Positions 40,101 to 53,024 of a DNA stretch of 64,000 nucleotides are shown here, one piece after another. The stretch is from positions 186,001 to 250,000 of the forward strand of contig LSRY02000062.1 in assembly GCA_001643675.2 (NCBI GenBank), in the 5' to 3' direction. The position numbers were made by a program, and so were the translations under genes. The number at the start of each line of letters is the position of its first letter. Position 1 is the first letter of the stretch. The notes beneath the pieces are model-generated. The model ran no database searches, was not told the origin of the DNA, and saw only the letters and a list, made by a program, of their open reading frames with translations. The stretch comes from Monocercomonoides exilis PA203. Lineage: Eukaryota; Protista; Preaxostyla.

Positions 40101-40374
40101 GTGAAAAATTATATAAAACACAAAAGCAAACAAGACAAATTCTCGTTGGAGATTGTGAGCAGGTGAAGCACATGTATGAAGGCTATTAAAAATGTTTGAC
40201 ATGAAAAATTAATTATTCAGAAAAATTGAAGCATGCTTCTAAAAGTTGTTGGATTTGATAACTTGAAAATACAATCTGTTTCAAAAGTCCGTTTTTAGCT
40301 GATGTATCATTTTGTTGTAATGATAATTGTGAAAGCAATAATGAATAAAGATTGAAGCAATTATCATCCTGCAT
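25155..40374 (-). CDS. Giant (~5000 aa) protein with two UBR-box-like zinc fingers and dispersed ankyrin repeats; three small 5' exons plus a 14.8-kb terminal exon (39956-25155)
   Basis: 4915-codon ORF with ankyrin motifs (SPLWISCCCGSLNVIRMLL, TPLFAAV, GRTPLSVAVERRNVLLVRELL, GSTPLHYAAMVG, KTPLAIAIERRD) and YICTTC...ICLECASTCHFGH...FKCSCG. Upstream exons 40182-40132 and 40079-40014 splice in frame. The ATG at 40374 is inferred. Confidence 0.8.
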
Positions 40375-41257
40375 TACTCAAAATTATTCTTTCAAAATAA
40401 AAAAGATATCAAAAAATAAGGCATTTGCATCATTGCAATTCAAGAAAAATATAGAAATACAAATTAACAAACAATGTGCTCTATTGCTCCGAATGCGAAT
40501 TCTACTTCCTATTTAAAAAGAAAAAAAAGAATAATAATAAGATCTGCCCTTAACATTTTTATGATGTTATCTTTTGTAGTTTTATATCCGTCTCACTTTT
40601 TAAATAAGCAATGAAAAAGAAATTTAAATGAAACTGTGAACGTGTGAATGTTTTACAATTCTTGAAAGAAAACATTTGAGGTGCTTGGATGATAATTATA
40701 AAGAATTAATACTTCTAGACTTCTTTAACTGAATGCACATAAATTATATTATCACGCACCTGCTCATTTTAAAAGTTTTTTAAAGATGTTGTATTATTAA
40801 TGATAAGCATGTTTTCAGTTCAAGTTCAACAATTTTTTGAATATTTCATTAAACATCTTTTCTTCGGTCATTTTCCTTTTGCGTCCTTATCAGAATGCTT
40901 ATATAAGCCTATTCACTATTTATGAATAATTTGTTTGCTAAATATTTATTTATCTTTATTGGGAAATCTAATTCAAAATAGAAATATTTTGATTTTTTCA
41001 GAAAATCGAATAAATACATATTTTTCTACAAATTTATGTCTTCACAGTGACAGAAAAAGTAAATGTCTTTCACTCAACACTCAACAATTAAAAAAATTGA
41101 AAAATCCAATTGAAAATTAAATAATTATCCGTTGTTGTGAAGACGTGAAATTATAATCTCTAAAAGTTCCAAATTGCATGAAACTATAATCACATTTTTT
41201 GGGAAAGCCATCCCTCTTCATCTTTTGCTGTACATAAGATAATAGAAATAAAGAGCC

Positions 41258-44200
41258 TCATCCCTGAGGAATAGAATTCAAGCGCTGTGAAAACCTAAGA
41301 GTCAGTCCAGAAGTCTTTCTGAGTGTTCCTCCTTCTCTTTGACGCCTCAAAATCGAGCCAGATGCAATCTGTTGTGTGATCGCATTGAGAATGTCCTTTC
41401 TGGACTGTGTGAGGTCTGACGGCATCGCAGATGACGCTGCATTTGCTGCTGCGATCGCCCGCTCTGCCTGTGCTGATAGTTTGACGGTGGGAGAAGTTGT
41501 TTCAGCATTAGCATTAGAAAGAATTGTGGCATTCTGAGTGGGTGATTCAGATGTGTTTGAAATGGAAGAGGAAGAAGAGGAAGTTGATGATGAAGGTGAT
41601 AAAGGTGCTATCGCACTTGCAGAAGTATCCTTTTGCAATTTGTCTTTGCCCCGCAAGGTTAATGGCTTCTTTCCTTGTTCTTTCATTTCTTTCTCTTTCT
41701 TCTTTTTCAGCTCTCGTTCCATCTTTTCTCTGTCTTTCTTCTCTTTGTCTTCTTTCTTCTGCAGATCTTCATTTGTTCTCTGAGAATAACAACAGCAACA
41801 AATATGAATAATAATAATAATAATCATAATAGTCAACAATTTTCAACCCAAAAATACACAAAGAACATAAGCACACATCCACTTTGTCTGCAAAATTAGC
41901 GAATATCATAAAGAACTCTTCAGAAGGTGTCTTTTGTGGGTCTTCCATGTAGAGTGTCATGGCCTCAGTAACAGCCTTCTCGCATTTGTCCTTCAGATCC
42001 ATCAACTGTGTCTGTCGCATCACAAACGCTGAATGGAACGGCCCAATCACATCCAGAAACGAGTTGCTCATCTCTTCTTCGCCGTTTTTGCTCTGTGAAG
42101 ATGAGGAAGAAGCAGAAGATGATGATGAATTGCCTGCTCCATTTTCATCATCTGATGAAGAAGCAGAAGCAGACTGTGTCTTTTGTGCCTTTCTTTTGCA
42201 GCTCTCAACGATGTTTGACATCTCCTTCATCTCCTTCTCCACCGATGCCATGTTGTCGCACAGCTCGGCCGCCGACTGCTGCAGGGCTGACAGAGGCATA
42301 TCTGCTGCCTGCTTCACCACTTCCATCTCAGACAAGAAGGACTCAACTCCTCCTTTCGACCTCAGAACATGTACAATGTACTGAAGCATGGTGATTGTGC
42401 CTGACTGCATCCACTGCGGTTGAGCTGTTAAAATGAAAATAATAATGACAATAAATAAATAAATAAAGTGGAATTATAAGAAGGAAATGCAAATATAAAC
42501 AATTGGGTAAATATTTTATTGTAAGTATATGAATATAAGAAGAGCACACCATTCTTGTTATCATCATTGTTTGTCTTATCTGGACTATCAGAAGCCAAAT
42601 TATTTTCGTTCTTTTTCGCGTCTTTCGGAATTGGTGTTGATTTGAACTCGCACAGCTTCGACAGCACATCCAACTTCACTCCATATGCACACCCTTGGTT
42701 GGTTGCTCCGTTCAAATAGTTTCCTATTGCCAGCACTAATTCCAACAGTTTCTTCAGCTCCTTTCCAGTTGAGACAGTTTCACACGCCTTCTGAATGGTC
42801 TTGTAGTTTGACTCCAAATAGCTCATCATTTCGTGGCTGCGTGTTTTGAACAGCAGGCACTTCAACCTCTCCTTCAGCCGAGGCACCTCCACAAGCTCCA
42901 AATAGAACTGCTCCTGTTTCGTCTGCTTCGATCTGTCGCCTGTGAATGACAGCAGCGTCTCTGTCTCTTCGGGTGTGGGCACAAACGCACTCAGCTGTTT
43001 CAGCCGCTCTTCATTCAGGATGCTCATGTCACATGATTTTAATGCATCAACCACTTGTGATGGTGTCAATGGATTGAACTGGTGCAGAAGAATAGCCAGC
43101 TCCTGTGTCCTCTTCGGGTCAAGCAGCTGAGGAACAGTCTCTTTTGGAGAGGCAGCAGCAGACGCAGCAGAAGGAGAAGAAGAGGCAATCGGGGCACGAG
43201 ACAAGGATGGCTTGTTGAACAGCATTTCAAGCTCATTTTCATCGAGCTTGACTGAATTGTCTGAGAGATTCTGAAATGATAGAATGTTTATTATATTTAA
43301 GAAAAGAAGATAATTTTAAAAAAATGAAAAAATAATATGCAAAAAATTCCAGTTAAATAAAAATTTAATTGAAAATACGAACTTTCCAAATGGATTGATC
43401 GATGCTCCGATCAGGTATTTTCGACCAATGGAACACTTTCATTGGCACTTTCGACTTTTTAGCAGGTTTCTTTGGTCTCCCCATAAATACAGGAGCTGAA
43501 TAAAAGAAGAGAAAAGAAGAATATGAAATATGAATGTAACATCATTAAATGAAATAACAGAAGTGGGGGGGGGGGGGGGGGGGGGAATAATTGAATAAAA
43601 AGTTTACAATGAAAAGATTCGTATGACAATCATCAAAGATGACAATGTGCATACCCATTGGAATGGCTGGTGCGCCTGGTGCACATGGAATGCCTGGAGC
43701 TGTGAAAAGAATAACAGAATTTGAAATATTTGAATATGATTGATACAATCATTAAATTTATTAATTAAAAGCATTATAAAAACATCACATTTAAAATCCA
43801 TCATTCAAAAAAAAATTTTTTTTAAAAAAGAAAAAGTGCTTTGAATGTTTGACAAACCAGCAGGTATGCCAGGAGCAGCAGGGATGCCTGGTGCAGCGGG
43901 GATGCCTGGTGCAGCAGGAATTCCAGGGGCTGCTGGTATTCCGGGAGCAGCTGGGATGCCAGGGGCAGCTGGAATACCTGGTGCCATTGGAATGCTGGGT
44001 GCAGCAGGGATGCTTGGAGCAGCTGGAATTCCTGGGGCAGCAGGAATACTCGGAGCTGATGAGAAATAAATAAGAAATGGCAGAATAAGAAGTAACAAAC
44101 ATATGACAATAATTTTTTTTTCAACAAACCAGTAGGAATTGAAGAGCCAGGCAATGCAGGTGCGCTTGGGATGCTGGGTGCTTGTGGAATTGACGGAGCC

Positions 44201-47200
44201 TGAGGAATGGATGAGCCGCCGAGTGGAGGAGCCATCGGAATGGAAGGAGCTTGTGGGATTGAAGAAATGCCAGCAAGAGGAGGTGCCATCGGAATTGAAG
44301 AACCAGCAAGAGGCGGAGCAGCAGGAATGGAAGAGCCAGCGAGAGGAGGAGCGGCTGGGATGGAAGGCGCCTGGGGAATGGTTGAGCCAGCCAGCGGTGG
44401 GGCAGCAGGGATTGAAGAGGAGCCTGCAAGTGGAGGTGCCATTGGAATAGAAGAAGAAGAAGAAGATGATGATGATGATGATGATGACACAGAACCGTGC
44501 TGACCTGATGTCATTGCTTGCTGTAATTCCTTCCTCAACTTTTCTAATTCTTCTTCCTTTTGCTTCATTTGAGCTTCCATCTTCTTCTTTTCTTCTTCGT
44601 GTTTCTGCTGCTCTTCCTCTTTCTCCTTCAACGCCTTTGCCAGTTTGTCTTTGATTTCTGTTGTTGTTTCAGACGTCTTCATTTCACTCAGCCGAAGACG
44701 CCGAATTCCACTCACCAGATCCAAAAGAGGAGCAGACGAGGAAGAAGATGAAGAAGCAGCACTTTCTTCTTGTGTTGTTGAAGAATTTGACAAAGAAGAA
44801 GAAGAAGAGGCAGATGCAGATGATGATGATGCTGATTCATTGGCAATGTTAGCAGCATCTGCAGCCTCTTTTATTCCCTTCAGCACATCTGTTGCTGACA
44901 GCCTCATCGACAGCGTTCTTGTCTTCTCCCTCATTTTCACTCCTTCCTCGTCTTTCGCCTCCAATTCTGTTATGTCAGTTGTCTTCAACGCCTTCGTGAT
45001 TTCACTCAGAACACTCCGCATTTCCTCCATTTCTTTCACTGCAAACTCTTTCGACTGCTCCAGCTCCTTCACTTTCTCTTCCAGCTCCTTCGTCTTCTTC
45101 TGGCTGTTGATCTTTGCCGTCAGCCGCTTCATCTCATACGCCTCCTCTGGACTTTCTCCTCCTTCTCCTTTCTCTTCTCCTTCTCCGCTCTTCAGCTGCT
45201 TCTCCTTGCTGATCATAAAGCTGATCTTGTCCTGGTACATCTTCACCCACTTCACCACCTTCCCTTCCACAAAATCGAGCAGCCCATCGACTTCTCTGTT
45301 GAGCAGCACAAACTTCATCAGACACACCAGAATGTTGTTCAGATGCATCGTGCTCGACTCCATCCCCTTCAGCTGCGTGTTCAGCAGCGCAAACGTCTTC
45401 TCCGGGTCAAAGCAGAACGCTGCCACATTCTCAATCACATTCTCCTGCTGCAGCGCCTTCGAGAAGTGCGACAGAGAAGTTGAGGAGGAAGAGGCGAAAA
45501 GACGCTTCTTCTTCGCACCTCTCTTGCTTCTGCCACGGCGCAGGAGGAGTTTCCCATTTCCATCTCTTTCTCCTGCTGCCTCTTCATCTTCTTCCTCGTC
45601 GTTTGTCCCATCAATCTCTTCGTCTATCTCATCTTCGTCGCCTTCCTCTGAGTCTGTCCCACCTTCTTCCTCTCCTTCCTTTCTCCATCCTCTTCTCCCT
45701 CTGCTCCTTCCAAAGCCCACCACGTTGATTCCAGCTGCTGCTGCCAGCTCTTCCATGCCGTCCAACGAGAACACGGACGACTCTTCCAAATCTCCATCGA
45801 ATTCATCGCTGTAGATGGATATCTGTGTCTCAAGTGCTGGTGACAGCTTTGTGTCTGCAAGCTCCTAAAAAAAGGATATTGTTGATAATTGTTAGAAGCA
45901 ATGATAAAGAAATAAAATAAAACAAATATAACATAAAATAAGGTTTTTATTTTTGTAATTTTAATAGAGAATAAAGTAAATTATGTTAAAAAAACAGATC
46001 TAATAGTTACAAAACCTCGAGCATTCTGTGGAATCCCAGTTCGTCCCATTCGTGTCTGAGTCTCATTCTCTGTGAAACATACTCCGTTTTGATGAGAAGC
46101 GAGTTGAACAGCTGCAGCACAAGGCATTTGAAGGTGTCTGGAACTAACCTGGCTGAGAGTGGGGAGTTCATTGCCTCTGCCATCATTTTGTGTCTTCGCA
46201 CAGTGGCTGACATGTATGCTGTTCCAGATGATGATGATGATGATGCAGAGGATGAGGATTCAGAGCGAGTATGAGATGAAGTTGTGTCTGAGTGTGCTGT
46301 TGATGATGAAGATGAAGAGGCAGATGCAGATGATGATGATGATGATGATGAAGGAGTAGCTGCGCCTTCTGCTGTGTGATTGAAAGAATTAGGAGAAATC
46401 GAAGGAGGAGGCTGGCGAAGTGAAAGCTTCTTGGGTGTGGATGGCGCAGGCTGTGGCGAAGAAAGCGGGTTGGCTGAGATGTTCTGGCTTCCTCGTTGAG
46501 GCGTCGTTGGCAGAGGAGCACCAGAGGAGTGTGTGGCAGAGGTGGGTGTCTGGGCAGTCGGTGTTGTTGTGGCAGATGACTTCACCTGGGCGAACGGCGA
46601 ATCAAAGGCAGCTGCTTCGGGCTGTGGTGCAGTGGAAGGAGTAGAAGCGGTTAGAGTCAATGGAGCCTGATGTGCTTGTGATGCAGGTGTGCTTTCTGTG
46701 GTAATAGCAATATCGTTGTCCGATGAGTGAAGGATATAAACAATTGAAGAAACAAATTCGTAAGAACAAAAGTGTCAAATAGGGGGAAAAATGGACAAAA
46801 AATATTCACATTTTTCCATGTTTAAAAAAATTATGAAAAGAAAAGTGTGAAGCAACAAATATATCAAATAGAATACCTTTTGGTGAAAGCGGTGGCTTCA
46901 AACTTTCATCTTCATTTTCTTTGTGACCTTCGTTGAGCGAGGCATTAATTTCCTCCTCATACTCATATTCATCTTCAGATGCTCCCATCCTCTCATCCGT
47001 CTCAAAAAACATCGGAGGAGCACCAAATAATTCAATGAGTGTTTGGAATCGCGTTCGCTCATGTGTAGACTGCTTGAAATATTCAAAGCACTCAAAGACA
47101 TATCTTTAGAATGTTAACAATGCATTTAAAAATATGAATTGATACAAATAAAATTAAAAAAATAAAAGGAGCAAACTTGGGACCGGCCATGACTATGTCT

Positions 47201-48003
47201 TCTGGAACAAGACATAGTGCGCTCAGCAATTCCAAAATAACTCCTGCAATTTCATAATATTTTTGAATGTGTTGTCTTTTTTAGAATTAATTATTTGCAA
47301 AAATTACAAAAATGAGGGGAAAAATCAAACGGTTGTTTAGGAGGCTCTATAAGAAGAATAAGCTTTCTCCATAATCCAGGAAATTCAACAACTTCACGCA
47401 GTCCAATCGCATTGTTCATCAAATTCTTAAAGCACATTGCACTTTCAAATAAGCAACTCATTTCATCATCTGTTTTTCTTCAATTTGAAATAAAAGGTTA
47501 TGAAAATTTTTCATATATAAAAGCTCATCGATTTAAAGAATTTAAATAACAAATATTCATACAATTGATGATGAAGGATTGTGTTGATAACCTCGAGAAT
47601 TGTTTGAATTCCATTTGCATTAAAAAATTGTCGAAGAAATCGCTCATTGGATCTTCCAAGGGCAACCCGTAAACCTTGCATATTCTCAGAAGAAGGATCA
47701 GTTCTCACAGTTGTCACTCTCATGACTGCGGTCATTGTTTGTGTTTTTGTTTTTGCTTGCTGAATCATTTCCATTTTTTTCGCATTCGAGAATGTGGACA
47801 TCATGGTGTTTTTGGCACTTTCTGGCAAAAGCATTTCATCCTTTAAAGAAAAAAAATTGAGAAAGAAAGAAATTAATAAATTTTAAAACCATCACTCGCT
47901 GAAACTCTGCATCAAGAAGAGCATTTCTTGAAGAAGTTGATGAAGATTGTACCGCTGGTGCTTTTGGCTGAGGTTGAGCCGTTCTTCTCAGCATATTCGT
48001 CAT
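41258..48003 (-). CDS. Diaphanous-related formin (GBD/FH3-FH1-FH2-DAD), many introns
   Basis: GBD start LLDAEFQRVM|DEMLLPE. FH2 motifs PMKVFHWSKI, LLDPKRTQELAILL, LELVLAIGNYLNG and AYGVKLDVLSKLCEFKS. DAD-like DILNAITQQIASGSILRRQR. Pro-rich FH1 at ~43660-44450. Confidence 0.9.
43857..44450 (-). repeat. Coding tandem repeats in formin FH1: 18-bp (IPAAPG)n and ~33-bp (SSIPxAPPLAG)n
   Basis: About 11 hexapeptide units at 43857-44056 and PPLAG/PQAPSI units at 44140-44450, with synonymous variation between units. Confidence 0.85.
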
Positions 48004-48172
48004 AAGATAAATTAAAGGTTGGATCCATTTTTAAATTTTTTTGCAGAAAATTCACAGGAATTTGATTTGTTTTTGAAAGTAAAAATGGAGAAAAGATTAT
48101 TTTTAAAAAAATGAACAAGTGAACATTTGTGCCAAAAAAGGAAAAAAAAATGCAACACCCTTCAAAGTGAAG

Positions 48173-51100
48173 TTAATTTGGCACAACCAATGATTGTGTA
48201 CGGAATAAATGAAAGTGATTAATTGTTCTTTCTTCTTTTTTATCATACAAATTGACAGGGGGCATTTCAAATTCAACAAGTGGAAGTAATGTTATTTGAT
48301 CAAAATCGTATTCCTTAAATATATCAACAGACTCCAGTCGGTCAGCTGAAGGTAAGCTGCCAGAACACATCCAAAACAGCTGAATGGCGTTATGTTGAAC
48401 AGTTGCTTCCACAAGATCGCGGATCCCATTCTCTTCAACTGCATCATCAATCAAGCGTAAAAGATATGCACCAATGTCATCTCCTTTCGAAAGTTCCTCT
48501 GCATCTTCCGTGAAATCAGCCAATTTCAATTGTTGAAAATTATGAGCAGTCAAATCTATCCAGTCATTCGATTGAAAACACTCATAACACATTTTTATTT
48601 CTGCCTTTGAAACGACACTCACTTTTGCAAATTCAGGATCCAGAACTAATTCTGTTTCATAGTTACCAAAAAAGTTATTCACTTCCATCACATTTTCATT
48701 GTATGGAACAGCTTCTTTTATTCTGTTTCGTCTGGAAATGTCCATGAAAGCAATGCAATTCTCTCGAATCATTTGAATTGCAACGAAAAGTGCGACTTTA
48801 TTCGAGTCTTTTCCATCAGGCAGCCATTTAAACAAAATATCCGCAAATCCCATTTTGAACACAAATTGAAGCTCTTTTACAGTTTTCGTCATTGTTTTCA
48901 GTACAAACAGATCAATCGAACTCTGAACAGATTCGAGCGATTGCTGCTGATATGCATCTCGATACAGTGTCCCAACAGAAATTGGAGCAATCAGAGGAAA
49001 AGGATGTGCCATACGATTTATCAACTTCTCAAAATACGGCTTTAAAACTATTTCATCGCAATTATCGTTTTTAATATTGTTCATAGCTGCGATGCAATTG
49101 AGAGAGTGATTAAAATGGAGTGCAGCCAAAGAGTAATGAAACATCGGAATCGTTATAAACGTATCATCTGCTCCAAGTCCACATCCAAAAATGATGTTTT
49201 GAGGCCTGAATTCATCAGATATTTCCTGTAAACATTTTCTTTTTTCAACGAGATGCTCCCCTGTTCTTTCTCTGCATTGGAATTCATACTCAGAAGTTGA
49301 GTCATACTCCGTTATTGAGGGCATCCTTGAATAATTGAATGGGATATGCGTCCAATTGGAAGAAGATAAATTTGAACTTTTCTGATGTGCAATACGACTG
49401 GAAATTTTCATTAAATCATCTTTTTTGTTCTCTTTTCCTTTCGCTTTGTGATCTGCTTCTTCAATCTGCTTCATTTCTTCTTCAACAACTTTTAAATCCT
49501 CCATCATCTGCCTTTCATATGCAGAAAGAAATAATTGCTTCATTTCGCTTTGATACATTACACAAATGGCCTCAATGCAATGACTCGACAAGTTGAAAAG
49601 CAAACCATCAGGAAAGCTTACAATAATTTTTTTTAAAAAAAAAATAGGAAAAAAATAGAAATTATCAACAAAGATAAGGCTTCTTTGATCAATAAAAGAA
49701 CACACTTGTTCAAGCGCATTAACATATCTATCAAATCTTTCAGATTGATGTCAGAAATCTTGAAATTTTTACAATTATACACTAAAAAATTCAAATAATT
49801 CAAATATGATAGAACACAGCACATAATAACATTCAATTTTTTCATGAGAGAACGAGTAAAAGATTATAAGTAATACAAACAATTATGAGTTATAAGCGAA
49901 TCAAGGCAAAAAAGACACTGACGGATTTGAAGGATATCAATCTTTCCTTTCATCAATCTTATTGCATTTTCCATGATGCAATAAGATCCTTCATTGTTTG
50001 CTTTGTCTCCGACCACTTCTTCTTGAAAGGTTTCTTTCTTGCGCTTCAAATACTCTGTTTCAGCGTCTTCTGGCAGTCTCAATCCAATGATGAGTGTATT
50101 AATAAGCCTCTTCATTGGCAAAAACATTCCGTAATATGCTCCGCTATCCAAAATAGCCAAAATAGATTGAATGAAAATGTTAAAAGAAATTGCTATTTTA
50201 TCTGATGCATCATTATGCACATATGTTGCTGTTGAAGCAGATACAGATGGAGATGCTAGAGAGGAAGGCATTGATGTGGAAGTATTTTTAGCAATTGTTT
50301 CTGTTCCTTGTTTTCTTTTAATTTTGTCAGATGTTTCATTTGTACTCTTTCCAGTCTTCAATTCACTTATTGCTTTTGATTTAACTTTTGCTTTAGACTT
50401 TTGCTTTGGCTTCGCTTCTGCACCATCATTTGTTATTTTTTCTTTGCGTTTCTTTTGTTTAGTTTCGAATTTTTCATTTTTATCATCCTCTTCTTCATTC
50501 ACTTCTCTGTCGTCACTATCCTCAAATATTTCCCTTCTAATATGCTGCTCTTCAGCGACTGTTAGTGAAAATTCATCATACAGGCCCTCAAATCCTTCTG
50601 TCTTATATAGAAAATTCACAGGAATTTGATAAGAGTGGAAGTGGGCATAGATTTTTTCTCTTGCTATGCCTCTATTTCGATTTCCCAACGCTATTTCAAC
50701 TAAGATTGTTTCAAAGCAATGTTTTTGGCATTCTTTACGCCAGTTTTGGAAAATTCCTTGAGAGATCTTTGATCCAATGCAATGCGTAATTCTCAATGCT
50801 GCAATTGCATCCAGCAATCCGTCATTGCTCCTACATCGAATGAGAATTGAGTCGATTCCATCAAGGAGATGATGTCCAGTCATCGTTGCAATTCCTTTTT
50901 CGTCAGCCATCCTCACAATGTTTAAAACTAATTTAGATAAAGAGCTCAATGCCTCATCACTTTCTGTGATATGTATTCGCTCCATTACAGCTGGTATCAC
51001 TTCCCCTTCTGTTATGATATTTTGCAGAAGAGGTTATGTCAGAAAATTGGAAGCAAGACGAATTTTTGTTTTTGGCTTTTCTTCACCGGGAAGAAGATGT

Positions 51101-51780
51101 ATGCGCCTTTTCTCTTGAGCTGTTAGTGGGGATTGTATTTCCCTAAGTTTTCTGTGCTGCTCTGAATAAGATTGGGGATCAATAATCTGTACGACCGCCA
51201 AAATGTATGGTGTAATAGTGTCATCGTCTACAGTTGCCTCCAGCAGTATCTTGCTTTCGTGTATGATGTTGTGTAATATGTGCGATGGAACGGTTTCCAT
51301 CTTTCCAATACATCGAGAAAGCAAATCTTTAATTTGCTTTGAAATTTCTTGTAGTTCGCAATTTCTGTATTTTTTCGATCTAAAATTTTAAGTTATGACT
51401 TGAAGAAACAAAGCTATGTCCATGCTGCAAATTTGTTAGCAACTCATCCAGTTTATTGGTGACTGAAATTATTGTAAAAAGTATAAACTTTAAAGATCAA
51501 GCATATTGGATAAAAATCAAACTCTCATTATTGACTACTTCAACTTCTACATCCTAAGTAAAACGTTGCACGTTCAAAATATAAAGAAGTGAGAATATCA
51601 AATTGATAATTCATAAAAAGTTTTATTATTTATGAGTTATGAAAAAATTATTCGAAGCATCCACAGAAATAACAATAAAAAAAGTATAATAATCATTATA
51701 AAATTGAATATACCTTGAAAACATGTAAGGCTGTTCTGTTGTTTCTTCTTGTTGAAATCATATTTTTATATTATGGATGG
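48173..51780 (-). pseudogene. Lineage-specific hypothetical gene with lesions (possible pseudogene or assembly errors)
   Basis: Coding-like ORFs 51034-51324, 49864-51000 and 48173-49705. In-frame TAA at 51034-51036 with no nearby splice donor, and an apparent 1-bp frameshift near 51382. The 5' end is uncertain. Confidence 0.5.
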
Positions 51781-52785
51781 CTTTTTCGGTTTGTTTGATA
51801 TTTTTTTCCAATATATTTATTTTCGCTTTTAAAAAAAACCTATTATACATTCTGTGCTATTTTACGCTTTGAAAAATGGAATTTTCTTCCAAATAGTGAA
51901 AGAATAAATAATATTTTATTTAAATAAAATAAAATAAACACTAAAGTGATTTATCCTATTGCAATATATGTGATAATTTCCTAAATCATAAATTTTTTTC
52001 GGTGCAATAATTTTATCTAAGTTTTTTATCATTGAATGTGATTTTGAAATCAAATACAACATTCATCACTTCAATTTCAAAAACAAATGTTTAAGCTGAA
52101 ATGAAAATGAAGATGTTCTGAATAAGTCATTTCATTTTTTCGAGCTTTTTTTGTTTTTTCTCAAAGAAAATTCTCAAATGAAATTTTTTGATTAAGAAAA
52201 TAAGATTTTAAAAAATAATCATTCATAACATATTTCCGGAGTTTTGTCACTTCCAGAATTTTGTCTTTTCAATAATTAAGACATAGTAATGTTTTATTTA
52301 TAATTTATGTCAAAATATATATTAATTCATTGAGAATCATTAACAAGATTCGATGTTATAAAACAAATCTTTGTTTTCAGCTACTCATTCTATCCTTCTC
52401 ATTTTTTTCTGATATTTCATTAACGAAAACAAAACAAGCAATTTCAATAAGCTTATTCGATTCCCCATAATTCACAGAACACACAAAACCCAAAACATTT
52501 TTCAACATAAAAGTCTATAATGTTGTCTGAAAAACTGTTTCAAATGAACTGGGTTTTGTCTCCACCTTAGATATTTCTTCACTCATGACATATAATATTT
52601 TTTTCAATTTCATTAATAAATGAAAATCACTAGAAACGAAAATACAAAAACAAAGGAAAAAATATGATAAAACACAAATAAAACTTCATTTCCACATAAT
52701 TTTCATGTTTTCATTCTTTTTCTTTTGTCGGATATTTTTTTTTGAAAAAATGAAAACAAATTTTCAGTTGATTCAAAATATATAT

Positions 52786-53024
52786 GGGTAATTCTTTTTG
52801 AAAAAACGCAAATGTTTAATTTTCGAATAAATTAAAAAATGCATATTTTACTAAAATTTCGGTTCCCGCTCATGCAACTTCACCAAAGTGGAGGATATAA
52901 TTTGGCAATGCTATTAACACATTCCTGTGAAGTTGCATGAGGGGGAACCGAAATTTTAGTAAAATATGCATTTTTTAATTTATTCGAAAATTAAACATTT
53001 GCGACTTTTCAAAAAGAATTACCC
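52786..53024. mobile_element. Fold-back MITE (239 bp) with 98-bp inverted arms, 43-bp spacer and GGG...CCC ends
   Basis: 52786-52883 and 52927-53024 are reverse complements with 3 mismatches. Flanked on both sides by ATATATAT. Confidence 0.88.

Noticed and set aside
43857-44056. + strand (GMPGAA)n collagen-like ORF
   Set aside because: Reverse complement of the formin FH1 exon, which has proper splice sites on the - strand.
47912-48030. Out-of-frame ATG ~25 nt upstream of the formin start (possible uORF)
   Set aside because: The transcription start is unknown and 5' UTRs here look very short, so it cannot be supported.
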